The translations under genes were made by a program, and so were the position numbers. Shown here piece after piece: positions 9,896 through 16,884 of a DNA stretch of 32,000 nt (position 1 is the stretch's first letter; every line of letters begins with the position of its first letter). The stretch is from contig NC_004459.3 in the NCBI RefSeq assembly GCF_000039765.1, positions 2,601,127 through 2,633,126 of the forward strand, written 5' to 3'. Below the pieces are notes generated by a model. That model was not told where the DNA came from, did no database searches, and worked only from the letters and a program-made list of their open reading frames with translations. Source of the stretch: Vibrio vulnificus CMCP6 (GTDB taxonomy: Bacteria > Pseudomonadota > Gammaproteobacteria > Enterobacterales > Vibrionaceae).

Positions 9896-10592
9896 AGGTA
9901 TTCTCTTGGGATAACTCTTTTGTAATGACATACAAGAGTGGCGACTCTACCAGAGTATTGTTTTTGATCCACCACTGTTTTTTACACAAATCGGTAAGCG
10001 CGTTGGTTTGATGGCTCGTGACCACAATGCTGGAACCTCTCGCTAATAAATCTTGCGCTAACACCACTAAACGCTCGATCGACTCTTGATCAACCGACGC
10101 GCTGGGTTCATCCATCAGCAAGATTGAAGGTTTTAGGATCCAAGCCCTGGCCATCGCAACCCGTTGACGCTCACCACCAGACAGCACAGACACATGCTCA
10201 TCGGCTAAGGTTTCTAAGCCTACCATACGCAGCGCGTGAATCACTTCGGCTCGTTTCTCCTTTGTGCTGCCACCATCATATTTGATGCCGTAAAGGACAT
10301 TTTCATAGACGGAACCATCAAAAAGATAAGGGGACTGATGAAGATAAACAACATCACGACGGCCCAATGAAGGAAACCAGTGGCGAAGCCAGCCATTATT
10401 TTGCGCACACACTTTACCGCTCGTCGGATGCACCAAACCAGCCAAGATCTTCAACAAGGTCGTTTTGCCTACACCATTGTCCCCCTTGAGGTAAATGGCA
10501 TCGTTAGGGCCGATTTGAAGTTGAGGAATGTGAAACAGCACTCGCTCTTTAAAGCGCATGGAAAGATCTCGAGCGGTAATTTTAATCGTCAT
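9873..10592 (-). CDS. tupC: ABC transporter ATP-binding protein (TupC-like)
   Basis: Walker [10 protein letters not shown], signature [12 protein letters not shown], Walker B LLMDEP. The true start is ATG 10592 ([10 protein letters not shown]...), 8 nt after the tupB stop and preceded by GGAAG. The 366-aa track ORF carries a spurious N-terminal extension that overlaps tupB. Confidence 0.75.
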
Positions 10593-10600
10593 ATCACTTC

Positions 10601-11299
10601 CTAAGTTCGCAAATAGCCTTTGCCACGCATACTCGACAGCAAAAAATTCAACACGAGTGCCAAGGTGAGCAGCACAATACCAAGCGCAACACCTTGAGCA
10701 AAGGCGCCCTTGTGGCTCTCCATTGAAATCGCGGTGGGGATGTTTCGCGTCAAACCCATAATGTTCCCACCAACCATCATTGAACAACCCACTTCGGTCA
10801 CAATTCGAGAAAAACCGGTAATGGTGGCCGCCATAAGAGGAAAACGGGTTTCCCAAATCATCGTCCCACTTAATCTTGGCAGAGACACACCAAGGGTTAA
10901 TGCGGTTTCTAACGCGCGGCGATCGCTCGATTGCAACGCGCCATACATCATCGAAACCAACACAGGAAAACAAATCAGCATTTGCCCGAGGATCATCGCT
11001 TTTTGGGTGAACAGCATCTGCCAGTCACCGAGCGGACCTGATCGCGAGAGGAACATGTAAAGCAGCAAACCAATCACCACCGTGGGTACCGATTGCAACG
11101 TGTTCACAAATGAAACCAACAGCCACTTGCCGCGAAAATTGGTGTAGGCGAGGAGAAAAGACAAAAAAGTCGCAGGCAACAGCACCAACAATATGGCAGT
11201 AAGAGAAACGCTAAAGGAGACCGCAACGATCTCCCATAGTTCTTTGTCTAAGCTAAACAGTAAGGCAAAAGCCTCTTGTGTTGTTTGCCAAAGGCTCAT
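10601..11299 (-). CDS. tupB: ABC transporter permease (TupB-like)
   Basis: 232 aa with about 5-6 TM segments, lying between the binding-protein and ATPase genes with 6-nt and 8-nt gaps. Confidence 0.75.
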   Translation of the reverse strand: MSLWQTTQEAFALLFSLDKELWEIVAVSFSVSLTAILLVLLPATFLSFLLAYTNFRGKWLLVSFVNTLQSVPTVVIGLLLYMFLSRSGPLGDWQMLFTQKAMILGQMLICFPVLVSMMYGALQSSDRRALETALTLGVSLPRLSGTMIWETRFPLMAATITGFSRIVTEVGCSMMVGGNIMGLTRNIPTAISMESHKGAFAQGVALGIVLLTLALVLNFLLSSMRGKGYLRT

Positions 11300-11305
11300 T
11301 GATGA

Positions 11306-12124
11306 CTACTTCTGATCTGCATTTGCCACAAACAGTTGCTTGCCATTTAAGCGGAAGCTGTTGATCAGCTCTTGACCACGAGGATTGACCAACCAGTCAC
11401 TGAATGCTTTGGCGCCCTGATAATTGATGCTCGGGTAGCGCTCTGGATTGACCAAAATCACTTGGTACGGGTTGAAGAGTTTTTGATCACCTTCGAACAG
11501 TACCGCAAGATCCAACTTGTTGTTGTAAGCCAGCCAAGTGCCACGGTCTGTTAACGTGTAACCTTGCATTTCTGACGCCATGTTCAGCGTTGGCCCCATA
11601 CCTTGACCCACTGAGCGATAGCCGCCGAAGTTGGGTTCCATCTTGGTTTGAGCCCAAATACCCAGTTCTTTCTTGTGCGTACCCGAATCATCGCCACGTG
11701 AGATAAAGGTGACATTGTTGTCCGCGATGGCTTTAAACACCTCAAGTACGCTGTTGTCTTGAGCAACTTTCGCTGGATCTGCTTTTGGTCCCACGACGAT
11801 AAAGTCGTTGTACATTAGCTTGCGAGGTAACACTCCGTAGCCTTTTTCGACAAAGGTCGCTTCGGCTTTCGGAGCATGCGTCATCACCAAATCCACATCG
11901 CCATTTTCACCCATTTTCAGTGATTTACCTGTCCCTGCGGCCAGCACATCCACTTTATAACCGGTGTCTTTTTCGAATTCAGGCAGTAGGTAATCAAGCA
12001 GGCCAGAGTGATAAGTACTGGTCGTGGTTGCCAAACGCACACGGTGAACATCATCGGCAGAGAAAGAGGAGAAACTCACCAGCGTAATCGACGTTGCCGC
12101 CAAAGTAAGAGCTACTTTGTTCAT
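11306..12124 (-). CDS. tupA: periplasmic tungstate/molybdate-binding protein, TupA type
   Basis: 272 aa with a signal peptide (…SFSSFSA). The N-terminal RLATTTSTYHSGLLDYLLPEFEK contains the TTTS anion-binding motif characteristic of TupA-family proteins, and AAGTGKSLKMGENGDVD is TupA-like. Confidence 0.8.
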   Translation of the reverse strand: MNKVALTLAATSITLVSFSSFSADDVHRVRLATTTSTYHSGLLDYLLPEFEKDTGYKVDVLAAGTGKSLKMGENGDVDLVMTHAPKAEATFVEKGYGVLPRKLMYNDFIVVGPKADPAKVAQDNSVLEVFKAIADNNVTFISRGDDSGTHKKELGIWAQTKMEPNFGGYRSVGQGMGPTLNMASEMQGYTLTDRGTWLAYNNKLDLAVLFEGDQKLFNPYQVILVNPERYPSINYQGAKAFSDWLVNPRGQELINSFRLNGKQLFVANADQK

Positions 12125-12233
12125 TGTATTTTTATTCCTTCAAATCATTCTTGGGCAAATAGGCCGTTGCAGTTAAGCACACTGACACACAAACCGCGTC
12201 ACCACTCGGTCAAACCTCATCGGCTAGCGCTGT

Positions 12234-12249
12234 TGGATATCAGTTTGCA
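12234..12249 (+). promoter_or_regulatory. weak sigma-54-like -24/-12 element facing the regulator gene
   Basis: TGGATA-TCAGT-TTGCA. The GG and GC are correctly spaced but there are three mismatches in the -24 hexamer. It lies face-to-face with the stronger minus-strand element. Confidence 0.3.
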
Positions 12250-12266
12250 ATTGCATATAGTCCTAT

Positions 12267-12282
12267 TGCAAACAAGATGCCA
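12267..12282 (-). promoter_or_regulatory. sigma-54 (-24/-12) promoter of the tupABC-mobA-mobB::moeA operon
   Basis: The minus strand reads TGGCAT-CTTGT-TTGCA against the consensus TGGCAC-N5-TTGCW (one mismatch). It lies about 140 nt upstream of the tupA ATG. Confidence 0.65.
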
Positions 12283-12351
12283 ACAAAACACCAGCACTAA
12301 ATTGAGAAAATAAGCTTTATATCATGCAGTTAAACAGTCAATAGTTTGATG

Positions 12352-12368
12352 TGAGACAAAATGTCGCA
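12352..12368. promoter_or_regulatory. 17-bp dyad, candidate enhancer (UAS) for the sigma-54 activator
   Basis: TGAGACAAAATGTCGCA. The centre is about 80 bp upstream of the tupA -24 element. It is near-identical to the sites at 25270-25286 and 25331-25347, and it lies 20 nt upstream of the regulator's ATG 12388. Confidence 0.55.
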
Positions 12369-12387
12369 CATTTTATAAGGAGATTTA

Positions 12388-13893
12388 ATGATTCATTGGT
12401 ACACTATGTCCTATACGTCATTCTGTCTCGAGGAAAGTATGTCTATTCAATTGGATCCCAACTCCGTATCTCAATACCAAGCGTTTTCCGTGTTAGTCGT
12501 CGATGATGAAGTCGGCATGCAGGCCATTTTGAAAAAAGCGCTGGGTAAATGGTTTTCAAAAGTGGATGCGGTAGGCAGTATCGAACAGGCTGAAAAGCTC
12601 AGAGTGACCAACCATTACGACCTAATTGTTCTCGACATCAATTTGCCCGGGCGTTCGGGCATCGAATGGGAAGAAGCCTTCAATGATCCCGAGCGAAAAG
12701 CCGATGTCATCTTTATGACCGGATATGCCGATCTCGAAACCGCCATTACAGCGCTGAAACTGGGCGCGACGGATTTTATTCTTAAGCCGTTTAATCTCGA
12801 TCAGATGCTGCAAGCGGTAAAACGCTGTATGGATCGTCGCCTTAATGCACGCATGCAATATGCGCTCAAACGAGATTATCAACGCAATCATATTTCTGAA
12901 ATGGTTGGGAACTCCGACAAAACCCGCCAGCTAAAGCACATGGTTACACAGTTTGCCCCGTCAAAAGCGTGTGTGCTGATTGAAGGGGAGTCTGGCACTG
13001 GTAAAGAACTGGTGGCTCGTGGTGTTCATCTGGCCAGCGGTAGAACCGGTCCTTTTGTGCCATTAAACTGTGGCGCGATTGCTCCTGAACTGTTGGAAAG
13101 TGAGCTGTTTGGTCATACTTCCGGCGCGTTTACGGGGGCGAAAAAAGCACGTGAAGGGCTTTTCCGCGTTGCCATCGGCGGCACATTATTCCTCGATGAG
13201 ATTGGTGAGATGCCACTGGCGATGCAATCGTCTTTGTTGCGAGTGCTAGAGCAACGCAGTATTCGCCCTGTTGGTAGTGAAAAAGAAATTCCAGTCGATG
13301 TACGCGTGGTCGCGGCAACCAATCGCGATTTACAGCAAGAAGTCGAAAAAGGGCGCTTTCGTAAAGATCTCTATTACCGACTCAACGTGCTGAAAATTGA
13401 AGTACCGCCGCTGCGAGAAAGAAAGGCCGATTTGCAAGAGTTGGTGCCATTCTTCACTAAACAGCTCTCAAGCGAGCTTGCTATGTCTGCCCCGCAATGG
13501 GCGCATGAAGACATCGAAGCCATGCATGATTACAGCTGGCCAGGTAACGTACGTGAGCTACGCAATCTGATTGAACGTTGTATTCTCCTTGGCAAACCAC
13601 CAGCGCATTACTGGCGTGAACTGAATGGATCTATGAACCTGCCAAACGTTTCAATCACCGTTTCTCACAGTGCTGAAGTGCCAACTTTTAAAGAAGGGAA
13701 GAAAGAATTCACCGGTGTTGGCTACCCCAATGATTGGACATTAAAAGAGGTGGAAAAGGCCCATATCCAACAAGTGGTGCACTATTACGATGGCAATAAA
13801 TCGGCGGCATCGCGTGATCTTGGCGTGGCACGCAAAACGTTGGAGCGCAAATACAAAGAGTGGGAAACCGAGGAAGCGGATTATGCAGAGTGA
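12388..13893 (+). CDS. NtrC-family sigma-54-dependent response regulator (REC-AAA+-Fis HTH)
   Basis: Receiver domain (VLVVDDE ... [13 protein letters not shown]). AAA+ domain with Walker A GESGTGKE and the sigma-54 contact loop GAFTGA. C-terminal HTH ([19 protein letters not shown]). ATG 12388 has AAGGAG 6 nt upstream; the alternative start ATG 12439 also has GAGGAAAG. Confidence 0.9.
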   Translation: MIHWYTMSYTSFCLEESMSIQLDPNSVSQYQAFSVLVVDDEVGMQAILKKALGKWFSKVDAVGSIEQAEKLRVTNHYDLIVLDINLPGRSGIEWEEAFNDPERKADVIFMTGYADLETAITALKLGATDFILKPFNLDQMLQAVKRCMDRRLNARMQYALKRDYQRNHISEMVGNSDKTRQLKHMVTQFAPSKACVLIEGESGTGKELVARGVHLASGRTGPFVPLNCGAIAPELLESELFGHTSGAFTGAKKAREGLFRVAIGGTLFLDEIGEMPLAMQSSLLRVLEQRSIRPVGSEKEIPVDVRVVAATNRDLQQEVEKGRFRKDLYYRLNVLKIEVPPLRERKADLQELVPFFTKQLSSELAMSAPQWAHEDIEAMHDYSWPGNVRELRNLIERCILLGKPPAHYWRELNGSMNLPNVSITVSHSAEVPTFKEGKKEFTGVGYPNDWTLKEVEKAHIQQVVHYYDGNKSAASRDLGVARKTLERKYKEWETEEADYAE

Positions 13894-15916
13894 TCAAACA
13901 CTTTGGTCAACTTGGCGCTATCGCTTTAAAAGTATGGTGCGCTATCGGTTGCTGTTTCTAACCTCAGCGCCGATTTTCCTCACCTTGATTGCACTGATTG
14001 GCATCTCTGTCTATTGGTCGATCCATTACACTTGGAGCAGTGCACTGATTGATGTTTCTGAACGCCTTGGGGTTGCCAATAACAGCATTACGCTATTGCA
14101 ACAGAAGCAGGCTAATTACGTTAAAGCCTTTGCTGAAAGCTATCAGTTTCGCACTCGTATCAATCAGCCAATGGATCAAGACGATCTTCAGCAATGGGTA
14201 CATAAACAGAAAAAGCAATATCAGCTCGATTTTCTCGCTTTTCATCGTGTCGACACCATAGAGCAAAAATTTCGTTTTCTCGATTTAACCAAACGAGAAT
14301 CCTTTTTTGATGTGTTGAGCGAAACGGAGTTACAACGTCTTGATCCAGACTTGGCCAAGCGCGCCGAAGTGCCGATTTTAAAAACGGGCAAAATTGAAAC
14401 GCGTGGCCTCATCAGCCGCACTGTGATTCCAGTGTTTAACCAAAGTAATGATCTGATTGGTTTTCTAGATGGCGGGTTACTACTTAACAACAGCACCGTG
14501 CTCGTCGACCAAATCCGCGACTTGATTTACATCGGAGATGAGGATTCTCTCAGGCCGATCGGTACCGTGACGCTGTTTATGGAAGATCTCCGCGTCAGCA
14601 CCAATGTACCACTAGACAGCGAAGATCAGATTGGCCGTGCGATCGGTACTCGGGTTTCTGGTGAAGTGCATAAATCGGTATTGCAGCAAGGAGAGCGTTG
14701 GGTTAATCGCGCCTTTGTGTATGACGCTTGGTATATCACCGCCTATCAACCCATTCGCGACCAATACAACAACACCATCGGCATGCTCTACACCGGCTAT
14801 TTGATGTGGCCATTTGTTAAAGCGTATCTTACCAACATAGTGGAAATCAGCGTTATTACCTTAACCTTGCTGGTGGTCTCTGGGCTTTTGGTTTATAGAG
14901 GCTCGCGGGATCTTTTCCGTCCTATTGAACGCATTCATAAAGTGGTGAAATTGGTGCAACTGGGCAAAGACAAGCGGATTGGTGCGTTAGGGCTAGATGA
15001 AAACCACGAGCTGGCGCAATTGGCCAAACAGTTTGACAACATGCTCGATCTGCTCAAAACGCGTGAAGAGCAAATCAAACAAGCGGCCAATGAACTGGAG
15101 CAAAAAGTGTTGGATCGCACAGCCAGCCTCAATGAAAAAACCGAGCAGCTTGAGCACCACATTCGATTACTCAATCAAACTCGCGACAAACTGGTCGTCA
15201 ATGAAAAGCTGGCGGCCTTGGGCGAGTTAACCGCGGGTATCGCCCATGAGATTAACAACCCAACCGCCGTGATACTGGGTAACGTCGAGTTGATTCGTTT
15301 TGAGCTCGGTGAAGATGCCGCGCGCGTAGAGGAAGAGATAGAAACGGTGATGGCGCAGATCGACCGAATTCGTAACATCACGCGAAGTTTGCTGCAATAC
15401 AGCCGACAGGGCGGGGTGCAAGATGAGATCATTTGGCAGCATGTCAATCCTATCATCGAAGAGAGCATTACCTTGGTCAAAACTGGCTCTAAAAAACGCA
15501 CCATCGAATTCGTTACTGAGCTCAATGCGCATACGTCCGTTGAAGTGAATCGCCATCAACTGTTACAGATTTTGGTTAACTTACAAATGAACGCCATCCA
15601 TGCAATGAACGGTGAAGGGCGATTGAGCATCACCAGTGAAGATTGGTTGGAAGAAGGGGAAAGCGTGGGTGCGGTCATCCACATTGAAGATCAAGGTTGC
15701 GGCATTAAGCCCGAAAAACTGAGCCGAATATTTGACCCGTTTTACACCACCAAGCGTGATGGAACCGGCCTTGGTCTTTCTGTTAGCCAGAGTTTGCTTA
15801 GCCAATCAGGCGGGGAGATCAAAGTGCGTTCACAACTGGGGATTGGCAGCACGTTTAGCGTCTATCTCCCAAGAAAGAACGAAGCCAAACTGCGTGATAC
15901 CTTGCTGATTCAATAA
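13883..15916 (+). CDS. sensor histidine kinase with a roughly 265-aa periplasmic (Cache/PDC-like) domain, HAMP, HisKA and HATPase
   Basis: Start ATG 13883 (MQSDQTLW...) overlaps the regulator stop by 11 nt; the track start 13790 is rejected. Two TM segments bracket the periplasmic domain (...RAFVYDAWYITAYQPIRDQYNNTIGMLYTGY). H-box AGIAHEINNP, N-box NLQMNAIHAM, G-boxes DQGCGI and GTGLGLS. Confidence 0.9.
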   Translation: MQSDQTLWSTWRYRFKSMVRYRLLFLTSAPIFLTLIALIGISVYWSIHYTWSSALIDVSERLGVANNSITLLQQKQANYVKAFAESYQFRTRINQPMDQDDLQQWVHKQKKQYQLDFLAFHRVDTIEQKFRFLDLTKRESFFDVLSETELQRLDPDLAKRAEVPILKTGKIETRGLISRTVIPVFNQSNDLIGFLDGGLLLNNSTVLVDQIRDLIYIGDEDSLRPIGTVTLFMEDLRVSTNVPLDSEDQIGRAIGTRVSGEVHKSVLQQGERWVNRAFVYDAWYITAYQPIRDQYNNTIGMLYTGYLMWPFVKAYLTNIVEISVITLTLLVVSGLLVYRGSRDLFRPIERIHKVVKLVQLGKDKRIGALGLDENHELAQLAKQFDNMLDLLKTREEQIKQAANELEQKVLDRTASLNEKTEQLEHHIRLLNQTRDKLVVNEKLAALGELTAGIAHEINNPTAVILGNVELIRFELGEDAARVEEEIETVMAQIDRIRNITRSLLQYSRQGGVQDEIIWQHVNPIIEESITLVKTGSKKRTIEFVTELNAHTSVEVNRHQLLQILVNLQMNAIHAMNGEGRLSITSEDWLEEGESVGAVIHIEDQGCGIKPEKLSRIFDPFYTTKRDGTGLGLSVSQSLLSQSGGEIKVRSQLGIGSTFSVYLPRKNEAKLRDTLLIQ

Positions 15917-15936
15917 TTGTGTGGATGAGCATAAAG

Positions 15937-15967
15937 AAAAAGCTCTGTCGTATCGACAGAGCTTTTT
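15937..15967. terminator. bidirectional rho-independent terminator
   Basis: AAAAAGCTCTGTCG-TAT-CGACAGAGCTTTTT: a perfect stem with A/T runs on both sides, between the kinase gene (+) and the MscS-like gene (-). Confidence 0.7.
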
Positions 15968-16001
15968 GCTTGAGGGGTTTTTGATGCTTGTTGAACACAG
16001 C

Positions 16002-16883
16002 TTATTGACCGCTGAATGCAATTCTCGGTGGTTTGATGCCGTGTTTCTTAAACTCTTTCATTACACGCAAAGTAATGTCGGATTCAAACAGTTTTTCATA
16101 AGCAGTATCCACCACGTAGGCTTTGCAGGTTAACTGGATAGCCAAATAGTTGTCCGTGATCGTCTGTTTCACCAGTACCACCACCGGTTTCGGCAGGTGG
16201 ATGTAACGGCTAGACGAAGCCGCTTCCTGAATCAACTCACGCGCGAGCACAATATCTTCATCCATACCGACATAGAAGGGGATCACCACCTGCATGTCGA
16301 GTGCGCCATAGTTTCCACTGACCGTCACTTCATTGAGAAACTTGTTGTTCGGAATGGTAATGATGTCATCGGTCAGTGTTCTCATTCGCACAGAACGAAG
16401 GCCAATCGCGATGATGTCACCATAGTTGCCTTCGAACGTGACGCGGTCACCCACCTGAAACGGGCGATCAATCATCACCGTCAATCCGGCAATAAAAGAC
16501 GCGGCCAAGTCTTTCAACGCAAAACCAACCGACACCGCCAACGTACCACCAATTAAGGCTAAGATATGGTCGTTGATGCGAAAGCTCATCATAAACACCA
16601 CAAGGCCAGCGGTTAAGTAGATGAAGAACTGTAAGAACGATTGGGTTTTCTGCAACAGCATTCGATACTGCGCAAACTGGCCGCCAATGCTCTCTACCAT
16701 TGAATTCATGAACTTCAACAGTAGCCAAGTAATGGCGATGATGATGACAGAGAAGAACACACCGCTCCAGCGGATCAAGCTGGCAAATTGCTGAATGTTT
16801 TCCATATTGGCGATTTCTTCCGTCGCGAAGGCCGGTGCCGAGATCAAAGCCGCGGCGAATAGCGCGTAGAGTTTCTTATTCAT
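16002..16883 (-). CDS. MscS-family mechanosensitive channel protein (small, with N-terminal signal-like sequence)
   Basis: 293 aa. MNKKLYALFAAALISAPAFA is signal-like. Three TM segments are followed by the MscS pore/beta-domain signature (GGTLAVSVGFALKDLAASFIAGLTVMIDRPFQVGDRV...IPNNKF). The ATG lies 1 nt after the stop of the upstream gene. Confidence 0.85.
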   Translation of the reverse strand: MNKKLYALFAAALISAPAFATEEIANMENIQQFASLIRWSGVFFSVIIIAITWLLLKFMNSMVESIGGQFAQYRMLLQKTQSFLQFFIYLTAGLVVFMMSFRINDHILALIGGTLAVSVGFALKDLAASFIAGLTVMIDRPFQVGDRVTFEGNYGDIIAIGLRSVRMRTLTDDIITIPNNKFLNEVTVSGNYGALDMQVVIPFYVGMDEDIVLARELIQEAASSSRYIHLPKPVVVLVKQTITDNYLAIQLTCKAYVVDTAYEKLFESDITLRVMKEFKKHGIKPPRIAFSGQ

Positions 16884-16884
16884 A

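Noticed and set aside
9873-10973. 366-aa ORF in the track suggesting a much longer ABC ATPase
   Set aside because: The first 127 codons overlap tupB in another frame and are Trp/Cys/Arg-rich with no ABC features. The conserved ATPase begins at ATG 10592, 8 nt after the tupB stop, with an RBS.
12125-12266. Possible Moco/Tuco riboswitch in the roughly 140-nt tupA leader
   Set aside because: The leader is long and can be drawn as small hairpins (GCCG/CGGC enclosing ACCG/CGGU and CAGU/ACUG). I could not recognise the conserved Moco-motif core from memory. An Rfam RF01055 covariance-model search is needed, so no call is made.
12397-12413. Possible additional dyad copy TGGTACACTATGTCCTA near the regulator start
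   Set aside because: It has four mismatches in the specified positions, lies inside the likely coding region, and is 45 bp (not an integral number of helical turns) from the strong site. It is too weak to call.
13790-13882. N-terminal extension of the histidine kinase ORF (track start 13790)
   Set aside because: This stretch lies inside the regulator's C-terminal HTH coding region in another frame. ATG 13883 gives a normal short cytoplasmic N-terminus followed by TM1.
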